Notes under the pieces: generated by a model
What the model saw: the letters and a program-made list of their open reading frames with translations, nothing else
What the model was told of the DNA's origin: nothing
The model's database searches: none
Source of the DNA: Octopus vulgaris
Lineage: Eukaryota
Reading direction: 5' to 3'
DNA length: 64,000 nucleotides
Assembly: GCA_951406725.2 (NCBI GenBank)
Contig: OX597825.1
Location: 67,642,001 to 67,706,000, forward strand
Made by a program: the position numbers and the translations under genes
Shown: one piece after another, positions 25,462 through 39,510 of the stretch
Numbering within the stretch: the first letter of the stretch is position 1
How the letters are laid out: the number at the start of each line of letters is the position of its first letter

Positions 25462-25869
25462 CTTTACTCTTTTACTTGTTTCAGTCATTTGACTGCGACC
25501 GTGCTGGAGCACCGCCTTTAGTCGAGCAAATCGACCCCAGGACTTATTCTTTGTAAGCTTAGTACTTATTCTATCGGTCTCTATTGCCGAACCGCTAAGT
25601 TACGAGTACGTAAACATACCAGCGTCGGTTGTCAAGCGATGTTGGGGGAACAAACACAGACACACAAACACACACACACATATATATATATACATATATA
25701 TATATACAACGGGCTTCTTTCAGTTTCCATCTACCAAATCCACTCACAAGGCTTTGGTCGGCCCGAGGCTATAGTAGAAGATACTTGCCCAATGTGCTAC
25801 GCAGTGGGACTGAACCCGGAAACATGTGTTTGGTAAGCAAGCTTCTTACCACACAGCCACTCTTGCGCC
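25462..25869 (-). mobile_element. SINE group A, full length
   Basis: Complete match to the other group A copies. Confidence 0.93.
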
Positions 25870-27299
25870 TTTAATTAGTATTAATTTAAAACCCTCCGAA
25901 AATAAAAGGAAATGCCGACTTCGATCAGATTGAAATATTTGCTGAATGCTACAGGGCTTGCTGACCGACGTTGTAATGAGTCTTTCCATCTATTGCCTTT
26001 GATCGGTTAAAATATTAGTTACAGAAAAAAGATGGTTGGATAAAACGACGAATTATACCCATCCCTGTAAATGCGCTCACTACACATACTCAAATACCCA
26101 CGAAGATTGACAGATGCCCACATTGATACAAACAATCTAATCTGCATCCCTACGATACTTCACCATCCTTCAAAATAATACTTTCAACTATGTGCTGTAA
26201 ACGTAGGTCTAAGCCTGGATTTGTTTTAGCTGAACTTACACACCCTATCCGATCTGACATACGGTGCTTGACTTCATAAAAATTCATTATAATGACCCGT
26301 TTCTTGCCCCCGCTTTCAACACTTCCAGAATTGCACCTTGTTTGTACAAAACATTATTCCAGCCAGTGTCAGTTGCGTGAGTGTGAGATTCTCTCCCATT
26401 TTCCTTTAAATTCTTAGTTGTTACTCAGTGATACATTTTTCATCATAAATCTTAGTAACGCCAGGCGCACATGCTTTTCCCAGTCACTAATGGTTCTTTT
26501 GTTTTATGGACAGATTCTTAATCCATCTTTCTTTCAATCTAAATACCTTTTTACTACCTACCTGTTCTTCATCGTTTGCACCCATTTATCTTTTCGTTGT
26601 ATTCTCAACACGTTCTTCATTTTTTGTATCTATTATTTATCACTCTTTCTATTATCCCTCTTCGTTTCTCCTGTCCTAACCTGTTTCGATTTTTTTTCTC
26701 TAAGAGACTTCACCCACTCTCTTTCAATTTATCGCTGGTTTTCTCTCAAATCACGCATATATTTTCCTTTTCTTATTTCCCACAAGGCATTATAACACCC
26801 TCTTCATGATATTCCCAAGCTACTCATTCTTTTTGGGATATTGCCATCGAGCTGGTCAGTCACTCATTTCCATCTCTGAGTTGGCCTATTATTTTATTTT
26901 TTCTCATTACACAACAACTTGTCTTCACTTTGTTACCAGGTCAAAAGACAGTTTATGTATACCTATATACGTTTATTCACATTCACTCTTCTCTCTACTA
27001 TTCATTTTATTTACCGCTCAGTCAACAGATCTTGTATTTTGTTACCATCTTTGTCTTAATTTACATTTTTAACATCTTTCGTCTATCGCGCTAGTTTCTC
27101 TATGCCCCAAGCAACTCACTTTGTTGACGCAGCCAAACTCCACAATATTTTCGGAAGTTGTCGAAATTGTGGTGACTTTGGTCGATAACTGAGTGTGTTA
27201 GAGTCTTTCGTTGATTTGTTGTTCGATTCGCCTATAAAGTTTTGCCATCTTTCTATGCCGCTTTATCATTACACAGATATACGCACACAATGTATATAT

Positions 27300-27314
27300 G
27301 TACATATATATATA

Positions 27315-27355
<41 letters not shown>

Positions 27356-27428
27356 GTAGGTAGGCAGGTAGGTAGGTAGGTAGGTAGGTAGGTAGGTAGG
27401 TAGGTAGGTAGGTAGGTAGGTAGGTAGG
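27300..27428. repeat. (TA)n(TG)n(TAGG)n microsatellite
   Basis: Directly visible. Confidence 0.95.
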
Positions 27429-27942
27429 TTTTATTGAAGACGAATATTTTATTTCAAACATTAAGAATCGATAAACTGATAACAGTAAATTCATTAAAAA
27501 TTCCGGAAAAACAACAGATTTTCAATTAAAACATTTGAATCAGCAAATGATAATTAGTGTTGCAAACATCTAAAAAAATAACAACTATTCCATTTTACTT
27601 TACAAAACATCAACTAATGTTATTCTAGTAGAAAATGTGTAAACCTCATAACTGTAGCTGTTACACTGGATCTACAGATTCCCGCCGGCCTTCGATGCAT
27701 TTACAACAAAGAGCTATTGCAATGAATGTATTATACAGCATAAAGAATAACTAAGAAAAGAAAACAATAATTAATATCACAAAATTATATAGAAATTTCC
27801 CAAAAGCTAGATTAGCTAGATTAGCCTTAGAAGCTATAGCAACACCAACACTGAACGCAAAAATTATCAAGCATTTATACACTACCTTTAAAATACCATT
27901 CAACTTATTCGTGCTTGTATTATGACATACACTCAGAAACCT

Positions 27943-28032
27943 GTGTGAAAGAAGGAGGAAGTAATAAGGAGGAAACTAGTGTGAGAGAAGGAGGAAGTAA
28001 GAAGGGGGAAATTAGTGTGAGAGAAGGAGGAA
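27943..28032. repeat. Purine-rich ~36-bp minisatellite, about 2.5 copies
   Basis: GTGTGAGAGAAGGAGGAAGTAAGAAGG repeats. Confidence 0.8.
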
Positions 28033-28397
28033 AGGGTCCGTAGGTCTACTGCTTGCTGTAAAGTAGAGTCCCCCCCACAAAAAAAAAATAAATAAATCAC
28101 CTAAGGGCAAGTTGATAGTATTAAACTGGATGACGAATAATACTTTTGCGACAGAAATTCTGACACAAGGCCAACAATTTGAGAGGAGTTTTGTTGATTA
28201 AATGGATTACAGTTTTTGATTGGATCTTTTGTATTGACCTCGGAGGGATGAATGTCATAACTGACTTTCATCGCATTTGAAATCAAAAGGTAATGTGTCG
28301 GAAATAGTACTCCAAGCATGTTTTTTTACGGTGATCTAATGATTCTAACAGCCCTTTGTTCCTATTGATGATGAGTACTCTGATGATACTACTTCGC

Positions 28398-28477
28398 TGA
28401 TGATGATGTCAATACTACTACTATTACTACTACTTCTACTACTGCTAATAATAATAATAATGATAATGATAATAGTA

Positions 28478-28526
<49 letters not shown>

Positions 28527-28552
28527 CAATAATAATAATGATAATAATAATG

Positions 28553-28607
<55 letters not shown>

Positions 28608-28648
28608 TAATAATACTGATAATAATAATAATAATGATGATAATAATG

Positions 28649-28721
<73 letters not shown>
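28398..28721. repeat. (AAT)n array
   Basis: Directly visible; source of the poly-Ile ORF. Confidence 0.97.
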
Positions 28722-28722
<1 letters not shown>

Positions 28723-28902
28723 TTCTACTATAGGTACACGGCCTGAAATTTTGGCGGAGGGGACTAGTCGATTACATCAGCCCCAGTATTCAACTGGTAA
28801 TTATTTCATCGACCCCGAAAGGATGAAAGGCAAGAGCGACCTCGGCGGAATTTGAACTCAGAACGTATCTACCACCACCATTACGACTACTACTACTACT
28901 AC

Positions 28903-28968
<66 letters not shown>

Positions 28969-29170
28969 TTTCAGTTATTTGCCACCAGGACGAAGGATGA
29001 GGAGGGGAAGCATCATAGCCAAGTGTGGTGAGACGGTTACATCGACCCAGTGTTCGGTTGGTCCTTCTTTTACACATCCTGAATGGAGGAATGCCAATGG
29101 CGACCTCGGCGGAATTTCAACTCAGGTCGTAAAGACAGATTGAAATTCCGCTATACATTTTGTCCGTCTT
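28722..29170 (-). mobile_element. Two SINE group B fragments separated by a (CTA)n(AAT)n tract
   Basis: GACCTCGGCGGAATTT occurs at ~28839 and ~29102. Confidence 0.8.
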
Positions 29171-29376
29171 TACGACAAAATAGGGATAATAATAATAATA
29201 TTGTTTTCTGTCATAGATACAGTCCTACATAATTCAGAGAAAGAGAACAGCTACCTACTTATGCACGAGAATGTAACACATAGATATGCATACACACACG
29301 CACACACACATTCATACATATGTGTGTGTGCATGTATGTATGTACGTATGTTTGTATGTATGTATGCATCTATGTG

Positions 29377-29422
<46 letters not shown>

Positions 29423-30635
29423 CAGTAGTAGGACAAAATAATGGAAACACCTAGCACCATAGCATCATAATTTTGAAATATCTATAAAACTGTCAAAAGC
29501 TTGTTTATTTTTATGTTCTTTTAATTTATTATTAGTGTTGCTTAATATGTTTTTCTAACGTTACTGTTTCTTTTCAGATATCATCAGAAAAGAGTAATTT
29601 AAATTCATAACGAAAACAGCTGAAATGTTTGGTGTATCAAGAAGTATTGTCTCGAAAGTAATGACATCCTTTGAGGAAGAGGGAAAAACCTCCTCGTCGA
29701 AACAAAACTCCAGAAGAAAACCAAAACTTTCATTTAGGGACCGTCGGACTCTAACGCGAATTGTTAGAAAGGATCACAAAAGAACAGCTCCCAAAATTAC
29801 TGCAGAGCTTAATGACCACCCCGAGATTCCAGTTTCCACAAAAACTGTCCGCCGGGAGCTGCACTAAGCCAGATTTCACGGGAGGGCTGCAATCAGAAAA
29901 GCACTACTTCCAAAAACAAACGTTGCAATGCGTTTAGAGTGGAGTAAAAACCTACAGAATTGGTCCCTCGAGCAGTGGAAGAATGCTATTTTCTCGGACG
30001 AGTCATACTTTACCTTATTTCCGACCACCGGCCAGGTATACGAGTAGACACAGCCAAAAGAAGCTTTTGGCCCAGACTGCCTTCTTCCAACTGTTAAACA
30101 TGGAGGAGGATCTGTGATGATCGGTGGTGGTGGGGGTCTATATCTTGGAAATCCGCCGGCCCAATGGTTTCCCTGCAAGGCAGAATTAATAGTCAAGACT
30201 ATTTAAGCATTTTATCTGATGCAATTCATCCTATGGTTGCGAAACTGTTTCCAGAATGAAACGTAGTCTTTCAGGATGATAATGGACCAATTCACATAGC
30301 TAAAGTTGTTACTGAATGGCACGAGGAACATTCTAGTGAAGTTGAACATCTTATCTGGACACCACAGTCCCCAGAGCTCAATATTATTGAACATGTATGG
30401 TGCATTTTAGAAAATCAAGTAAGGTGTCGATATCCTCCGCCATCATCACTACAAGAGCTGGAGACTGTTTTAGCTGAAGAATGGATGAAAATTCCTTTGG
30501 AAACAATTCAAACTTTGTACGAGTCCACGACTCGTATAATTCAAGCTGTAATTATTGCCAAAGGCGGTCCTACCCCATATTAAAATAAATTTGTCTGAAA
30601 TTTTAAGGTGTCTCCATTATTTTGTCCAACCTCTT
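29423..30635 (+). mobile_element. Tc1-like (DD34E) element, decayed
   Basis: TIRs GGACAAAATAATGGAAACACCT / AGGTGTCTCCATTATTTTGTCC; TA flanks. Confidence 0.92.
29625..30583 (+). pseudogene. Tc1 transposase with stops and frameshifts
   Basis: FSDES, KHGGGSVMI, FQDDNGPIH, PQSPELNIIEHVW and AKGGPTPY* motifs. Confidence 0.9.
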
Positions 30636-30804
30636 TATATATATACATGCATGATGTGAGTGTATACATATACACATACATTTAAATATATATATGTATG
30701 CATATATATACATGTATGTCTATATACATACTGACACACACATACATACACCCACACACCACATACACACACATGCACACACATACACACACACACACGC
30801 ACAA

Positions 30805-30839
<35 letters not shown>

Positions 30840-31499
30840 AGTTTAAAAGAATGACTGAATACTACTGATGAATGATAATCTACTTTCAATGATAGAGTGA
30901 CCTACATAACGTTTAGGGGACACTCGCCCTTCTATAGTGAATCTGTTTCAAACAGGTGCTTACATCTACTAAACACTTCCGATCTTCACTGATACCTATC
31001 GAATTATATTAACTTCTTAATATTCACAAAACTAACGATCACAAGCAAGCGGTATATTCAATTAACTCAACCGAGGCCGAAACTGTTATATTCATTTTAT
31101 CGTCAGAGTAGAATTTAATGAAGACCTCCAGCACGTTGTGTACGCAAAAAAACACAGCAGAAAAGTAAAATATACAAAACCTAAAACGTTTAGAATAATC
31201 TTAAGGCATTTTGTTTTCCAATGCTTCACTTTTTTTTTTAGTTAACGTGACACCATGGTAATTAATATATCGTTGCAAAAATATCTAGGGATATTAAAGT
31301 ATGAGCGCCGACGACGAATCGAGGCTGTGCTGTGAAAGCTGGTCATGAGGACGATGATAATTCTGACGATGATGATGATGATAGTGGGGATGATGGTAGT
31401 CATGGTAGCAGTGGCGGCCCTGGGGGCAATGATAATGATGTATTTATACTTACACGACTACGAATCGATCGCCACTTCGAACCAAACAAGTACAAAAAA

Positions 31500-31517
31500 A
31501 TAATAACAATGATAATG

Positions 31518-31569
<52 letters not shown>

Positions 31570-31604
31570 TGATGATGATGATAATAATAATAATAATAAT
31601 AACG

Positions 31605-31657
<53 letters not shown>

Positions 31658-31664
31658 GAAAATA

Positions 31665-31696
<32 letters not shown>

Positions 31697-31730
31697 GATA
31701 ATAATAATGATAATAATGTTAATAATAATG

Positions 31731-31795
<65 letters not shown>

Positions 31796-31814
31796 GATAA
31801 TAATAATAATAACG

Positions 31815-31854
<40 letters not shown>

Positions 31855-31923
31855 CGATGATAATAATAATAACAATAAAAATAAATATAATAATAATGAT
31901 GATGATAATAATAATAACAATAA

Positions 31924-31980
<57 letters not shown>
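31500..31980. repeat. (AAT)n array, ~480 bp
   Basis: Directly visible. Confidence 0.97.
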
Positions 31981-31984
<4 letters not shown>

Positions 31985-32443
31985 GTTGAAGTTTCTTATC
32001 AAAACATCACTTGAAGCTTTATTTATCAATCCGCCAAACAATTTAATATCGTAAAGTTTATACATTGCCACATCAGTAATATTGCACATTCTAAAGAAAA
32101 CAGCCAAGTTAAACCTTATAAAATAATTTACAAATGATTACTATAACCGTTTAGGCTAGAATTACAGAAATGTGATTAAATTCTTCAGCTTAATGGTGCT
32201 GAAAAACGTTTATTCCAATAATCTTTTAAGCAAAATGACATTTTGCACTGCACGAGTTATGCAGATAATCTCTAACGAAGATCTTATGAGAGAAAGATTC
32301 AATAGCGCCCTGCAATTTTCTTAATCTCTAATCTTTATGATCTCTGTAGGCTTCACAACTTTGAAGATGATGCATTCAAAATATTGGTTTTTTCTCATCT
32401 CCATTCCTGAACTTGTCTCTTTTTCTTTTATCATCACTCACAT

Positions 32444-32484
<41 letters not shown>

Positions 32485-32632
32485 TTATTTAATCTCTCTC
32501 TGCCATTGTTTTCTCTTTAACTTTATTCCTTCGCATTATATTCCACTTTTACGTCTCTCTTATCTAACCTACCTGCTTCTTTATATTAGTTTCTATTGTA
32601 AAGATCACAATTGACTGTCTATCTATATATCC

Positions 32633-32666
<34 letters not shown>

Positions 32667-33099
32667 ATCTCTATCCATCTATTTATCTATCTATCTATCT
32701 ATCTGTTTGTCTGTCTGTTGCCTGTCTCCCTAAGTCTCTATTTCTTTATATATATATATATATATATATATATCTTCCTATCTATTTCTTTCTATATGTA
32801 AATATATAATTTATTTTTCTCTCGGCTTTTAAAACATTCTTATTTTATTATTATATTCCGCCTCAATTTTGTTGAACTCTTCCATTTGTTTCACTTTCAC
32901 TTTATCAGCTATCTGTTTCTCTATTTGTGTATATATCTATCAAACTAACCAACAGTTTATTTATATGCTTCGCCTTCCCATTTAGGTGTTTTTTTTCTTA
33001 ATTTTCATATAGCCATCAAAGATTTTATCAAACTATTGTTTATCCTACAATTTCGAACTGTCAAAAAGAAAAGAATAAAAATCGTGTTTCAAATACGTG

Positions 33100-33862
<763 letters not shown>

Positions 33863-34612
33863 CGAAAGTATAATTGCAGTGCTGATGTAGAATAGTACAT
33901 CGAGGGAGCATAATTTCCCAGGTGCAATTGTTATCAATAATAGTGGAGGTAAAAACTGATCTAAACTTTGTAAAGGTTTATCACATAAGTTAAATGTTCA
34001 TAAGTGAACCTTTACTAAGTTGATATGCAATTTCGTTACATCGGTTACACTACACATGTAGGAAACGTTGTATCGATTCAGGATGATTAAAAGGTAAAAA
34101 TCAACACACCAAGTGGTGACCTCACAATGTAAATTGTTGCAGATTAATTCAAAAGTTCAAACTTCTAAATCTGTGCCGTTTCTACCTTAACATCGCCGTT
34201 CAGAGTACGTGTGCTATATCAGAGGTTATGAAGATACCTATGATATGAAGGAGCGGATTATGCCAAGTATACTACAACATAGGCAAAAGGTAGTGTGTTT
34301 CTTAAGACGGCATTTATGTCCGCTCTTCAATTATAAATATATAAATTATTTCTTTGTTCTTTTGTAATAGTTGCTTTCACCTATGTATTGAAGCTACTTT
34401 CATCTATATACTGTATTGAGGCCGTTTTGATCTATGATAAATAGGCAAATATTTATTTTCTTCAATGCTTGATATTTTATTATACTCATCTGTGTGCATG
34501 TATGTATCTTATACATATAAATAAAATATATGTATATATATATGTGTATGTGTGTGTGAGTGTGTGTGTGTGCATATATACAAGTTTACATGTATGCATA
34601 TATATATATATA

Positions 34613-35227
34613 CATGGTAGGTGAAAAGTAAGTAGGCATTAAAAGTTGGTAATAAAATCCAGAATCTTTTTATAAATGTATTGAAACAAATGATACATGT
34701 TCTTTATTACGTGGAGAAATGAAAGTAAATCTTCATGTTTCCACGGACGAAAATTCAATTCTTTATGCAACACCGTACGTATTGTATTGTCTTGTTAGTC
34801 CACTATCACAAGCTACTTGACGGGTGGTTTTTGCAGGCTGTGATAAAACATTTCCTGCACTGTTACTACGTTCTCCGCTGATCGGGATGTGGTTGGGCGG
34901 CCACTTCTCCCATCGATCACAGAACTCGTGCTTATCACCTCCGCATGACAGCTTTTTATTTTGTCTCCGGACGTAGTGTTGCATGTTTACTTTTCAATGC
35001 ACGCCAACATCTCCGAACCAAAACAATGGAATTCCACACTTCATAGCGTGCTGCTATCTTAGCTTGCTGCTTAACAGCCAAGTGACCGGCAATCTGGAAA
35101 ATAAGAAATAAGACAATAAGAAAGTAATGAATCCCCATTAGTGTTTAAAAGTGTTTTCTTCATGACTTCAGTAATACTGAAAATTTTATAAACAATTTCT
35201 AATGCCTAGTTATTTCCACCCACCCTG
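34613..35227 (-). mobile_element. Internally deleted Tc1/mariner element (rosa/DD41D-like), N-terminal HTH remnant only
   Basis: TIRs CATGGTAGGTGAAAAGTAAGTAGGCATT / AATGCCTAGTTATTTCCACCCACCCTG (CAGGGTG-type); minus-strand RSGRPTTSRSAENV...TIRTVLHKELNFRPWK. Confidence 0.8.
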
Positions 35228-35244
35228 TTTATAATAGACAACAA

Positions 35245-35897
35245 AATACGTACAAAGCAGAAATACCCTTTAGGATTGATAAAGGGGAGAATTAAAAAGG
35301 CGATGAAGCTGAGCATTACACAACTAAGGACATCAAAGGAAAATTTAATGAACACACGATTGCATTTATCAATACGCACAATCCTGGGATAGCCAATATC
35401 TTTCACACCATAAAATCAAACTTACCCATATTTCTACAAAGCCCCAAAATGAAAAATCAGACTGATAAAAATCCTTTACGAAACAGTAGATACCAACCAA
35501 AAAAATCTCAAAAAACACTTCATAAGAGCAAAATTCACATCAGAGAATGAATCCGAATTATCCGTAAAAGAATGTGGAGATGGCAGATGTGGAACATGCA
35601 ACGACAACTTTAAATACTTAGGAAGTGGTTCCTACAAAAAATTCAAGAGCAGATTCTCGCTCAAAGTAAATGCAGATATGAACTGTAAGACGCAGACTCT
35701 CACATAGTGTATTACTTTCCCCAAACAATTTCCTCCTGCCATCGTGCAAGAATCCCCAGACAGCACATTCGACAAGAGGAATTACGCAAGATTCCACTGA
35801 GCAAGCATCTAGAAATATGCGGTGAAGGAAAGTTTGAAATCTCTCCCTTTTACAAATGTTCAAGAGATGACTCAAAATTCCTAAAAGTAATGGAGGA
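35245..35897 (+). mobile_element. Penelope-like element (Neptune-type) linker and GIY-YIG endonuclease remnant
   Basis: KYPLGLI...AFINTHNP...QPK.LKKTLIRAKF...CGDGRCGTC...MNCKT...RQHI...LSKHLEIC...PFYK; interrupted by a SINE. Confidence 0.8.
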
Positions 35898-36080
35898 ACA
35901 CATGGTTCCGGGTTCAGTCCCACTGCGTGGCACCGTGGGCAAGTGTCTTCTACTATAGCCTCGGGCCGACCAAAGCCTTGTGAGTGGATTTGGTAGACGG
36001 AAACTGAAAGAAGCCCTTCGTATATATGCATATGTATATATATGTGTGTGTGCGTTTGTTTGAGTGTCTGTGTGTCTGTT

Positions 36081-36158
<78 letters not shown>

Positions 36159-36396
36159 GTATATATATATGTATGTGTGTGTATATGCTTGTGTGTCTGT
36201 TTGTCCCCCAACATCGCTTGACAACCGATGCTGGTGTGTTTACGTCCCCGTAACTTAGCGGTTCGGGAAAATAGACCAATAGGATAAGTACTGGGCTTAC
36301 AAAGAATAAGTCCCGGGGTCGATTTGCTCGACTAAATGCGGTGCTCCAGCATGGCCGCAGTCAAATGATTGAAACAAGTAAAAGAGTAAAAGAGAG
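35897..36396 (+). mobile_element. SINE group A, 5'-truncated, with an expanded internal (TA)n
   Basis: Matches the group A consensus. Confidence 0.93.
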
Positions 36397-36965
36397 TTTG
36401 AAAGAGAAAAAGAAGAACTACATTTTTTTTATTATAATTTTTTTTAATAGCAGTGATGATTGATGAAGAAAAAATACTGTTACTGTTGTTTCTGAATGTG
36501 GCTCCAATATTAACAATGTGATACTCATCTCTATAAATGATCAAATATATATAACATTGGGATTTTGGCAACTGCTGTTCTTACAGAACTTACACATAAC
36601 CGAGAAAGAATACTAGAACCATTTTACCACTGATTGGAAAAGATATCTAATGTAGCTATTTGGCAAAGTAATTCGTGAAAAATATCTTTCGAATTATCTT
36701 ATTTATGCAAAAAAGAAAACGGAAAATAAATCCTACAAACGGATGAAAGATACTCAAAAATATATTTAAGCAGGCTCCGCTGTATTATATCATTTATATC
36801 CTACAGAGTGGCTCCCAGCTAAATACACAATATGCATACAAAACCCATTTATGATGTTTGATTAAATGTACGTAGAGAATAGATTGAGTTATAAACAGTA
36901 CCAAATTATTATTTTTATATTCTGACTTTATTTTCTTATTTTATAAATATTTTACTACTATTTGT

Positions 36966-37288
36966 GAAGGCGGGTGGCTTAGTGGTTAGGGCATTCGGCT
37001 CACGATTGTAAGGTCGTGAGTTCGATTCCAGGCGACGCGTTGCGTCCCTGAGCAAGACACTTCATTTCACGTTGCTCCAGTCCACTCAGCTGGCAAAAAT
37101 GAGTTGTACCTGTATTTCAAAGGGCCGGCTTTGTCACACTGAGTGTCACGCTGAATCTCCCTGAGGACTACGTTAAGGGTACACGTGTCTGTGGATTGCT
37201 AAGCCACTTACACTTTAATTTCATGCGCAGGCTGTCCCGTTTATCGTATCAGCTGGGACCCTCGTCGTCGTAACCGACGGAGTGCTCC
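36966..37288 (+). mobile_element. SINE group C (head 2 plus tail T1)
   Basis: A box TGGCTTAGTGG, B box GTTCGATTCC; TACTACTATTT duplication. Confidence 0.9.
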
Positions 37289-37670
37289 TACTACTATTTA
37301 ATGTGTGCTCATGCAAAACATGGAATTACACAGACTATGGGACTTGACTATACTATACAAGTGTAAAGGAATATACATTTTCATAGGACTTTGAACTTTG
37401 AACTCTTTTTTATTGTCCATTGATGACCGCAACTTCCCCTCATTTCTTATTTTTTTTCCATCCTACTTCCTAAAACTGACATCTTGAAAGGTCACCAGCA
37501 TTTATGAGAAAGTGTGTTTATTTACAAATATGTTGATAAGTATACAATGGGAAGGAAAAAGGAAGGAGAAAGAAAAAGGAAAATTGCTTTCACCACATGA
37601 AATTGAAAAGAAAACTCTCTCTCTCTCTCAATCCCTCTCTATCTGTCTATCAATCTATCTACATAACTGT

Positions 37671-38000
37671 TATTTTATCGAACTCCTTTGGCGAACCGCT
37701 AAGTTATTTTACCGATCTCTGGCGAAACGCTAGGTTATTTTATTGATCTCCTTTGGCGAACTGCTAATTTATTTTACCGAACCCTTTAGCGAACTGCTAA
37801 ATTATTTTATCGATATCCTTTGGCGAACCGCTAAAATATATTTTATCGATATCCTTTGGCGAAGCGCTAGGTTATTTTATCGATCTCGATTGGTGAACCG
37901 CCATGTTATATTATCGATCTCCTTTGGCGAACCGCTAAGTTATTTATCCATCTTCTTTGGCGAACCGCTAAGCTAATTTATCGATAACGTTTGGCGAACA
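37671..38000. repeat. ~34-bp minisatellite, about 9-10 copies, derived from SINE A internal sequence
   Basis: TATTTTATCGATCTCCTTTGGCGAACCGCTAAGT units. Confidence 0.9.
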
Positions 38001-38192
38001 TATTTTACAGTTTTCATCGACCTAAGAAATGTAAACGAACACAGGCGTACGCATACACATTCACACACGCATGTATATGTAGGCACATGCATAGGTGCCT
38101 ATAAATATGTCATTGGAGTGATAGTATGCAACATATGGCGTAGTTATAAACAGGGTAAATTTTAGCCATTTCTCCGCAGTCTGAAAATAAAT

Positions 38193-38246
38193 GACGAACG
38201 ATCTTAATCGATTTTCGAACATTATTGGGTTCTCTTCAGAGTCGTC
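38193..38246 (-). ncRNA. Type I minimal hammerhead, copy 1
   Basis: Minus strand GACGACT-CTGAAGA-GAAC(CCAATAAT)GTTC-GAAA-ATCGAT-TA-AG(ATCGT)TCGTC. Confidence 0.75.
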
Positions 38247-38444
38247 GTCGACATCATTTTGAGAGTCCCCAGAGAAACAAGCAGCCAAACTCAACAAATA
38301 TAGCTGTTACTCTATGAAGGAGACCCTAATTTGCATACCGTAAGTGTTTAACACTATAATTACAGCGGTCTGTCAACGGGGATCTTAGTCCACACAGTAT
38401 CAAGGTATGGTATAATAAATATGTAACATATTAGTTATATTTGT

Positions 38445-38686
38445 AAGGCGGCGAGCTGGCAGACTCGTTAGCGCGCCAGGCGAAATGCTTAGCGGTATTT
38501 CGTCTGTCGTTACTTTCTGAGTTCAAATTCCGACGAGGTCGACTTTGCCTTTCATCCTTTCGGGGTCGATAAATTAAGTACCAGTTTCGCCCTGGGGGGG
38601 GAGGGGTCGATGTAATCGACTTAATCCCTTTGTCTGTCCTTGTTTGTCCCCTCTATGTTTAGCCCCTTGTGGGCAATAAAGAAATA
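38445..38686 (+). mobile_element. SINE group B inserted between the two hammerhead repeats
   Basis: Full match to 46748-46982. Confidence 0.92.
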
Positions 38687-38737
38687 TATAATTATAGACA
38701 GGCAGATTTTAGCCATTTCTCCACAGACTGAAAAAAT

Positions 38738-38791
38738 GACGACCAATCTTAATCGATTTTCGAACAGTATTGGGTTCTCATCAGAGTCGTC
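38738..38791 (-). ncRNA. Type I minimal hammerhead, copy 2, with predicted pseudoknot
   Basis: Minus strand GACGACT-CTGATGA-GAAC(CCAATACT)GTTC-GAAA-ATCGAT-TA-AG(ATTGG)TCGTC. Confidence 0.8.
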
Positions 38792-39289
38792 CTCAACATT
38801 CTGACAGTCTCTAGAGAGACAAGCAGCCAAACTGTTTATACACTGAAATGCATTTGTAATTATTGCTATTGTTTAACGATAAGTTAGCTGTGATGAAAGG
38901 GACATATGATCAAAAAATATTCCTGTCTTGACCATCCCGCCTTTTGCTGTTCAGACGGTACAGCTAGGAAATGTTCAATGTGTTCTTCAAAATTTTCTAA
39001 GACGATGAAATATGATCTGAAGATAATTTATCGATCACTTTTAAGAGGTACATCCACCATGTATAATGTCCTTCACAAGCGATACTTAATTAAACGCTAA
39101 TTATCTTCCCTTTTCCATATACATGAAAGTTATAATTTGGGTTATGAAATATTTATCGCTATTGAATACTAATGAATACTAAATGAAATCATTCGAGCTC
39201 AAAATCAAACAAATGCATTCAGCTCTGGATAATCTATATATGAACTCTATTAAATTCTAAATATATCTTGTATAAAAATCTGCCCTTTC

Positions 39290-39510
39290 ATAGACGCTAA
39301 ATAAAATCTTCTGCACTCTGATAGACGCTCTATGAAATCTACTGCACTTTGATAGACGCTGTATGAAATCTACCGCTCTCTTATGGACGCTATATGAAAT
39401 CTACTGCACTCTTATTGACGCTAGATGAAATCTACAGCACTTTAATAGATGCTATATAAAATCCACTGCTTTCTAGAAGATCCAACATAAAATCTACTAC
39501 ACTCTGACTG
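39290..39510. repeat. 31-bp minisatellite, about 7 copies
   Basis: ATAGACGCTCTATGAAATCTACTGCACTTTG units. Confidence 0.9.

Noticed and set aside
26050-27200. Strand-skewed region resembling an old LINE ORF
   Set aside because: No diagnostic RT or endonuclease motif could be read.
30861-30916. CTA-CTGATGA-ATG...CAT-AACGTT-TAG hammerhead-like trace
   Set aside because: The GA of GAAA is missing; too degenerate to call.
31332-32107. 240-aa and 235-aa poly-Ile/Leu ORFs (also 28400-28855)
   Set aside because: These are translations of (AAT)n arrays.
37671-39510. 34-bp and 31-bp repeat arrays as CRISPR
   Set aside because: The units are contiguous and diverged, with no unique spacers and no cas genes, in a eukaryotic context.
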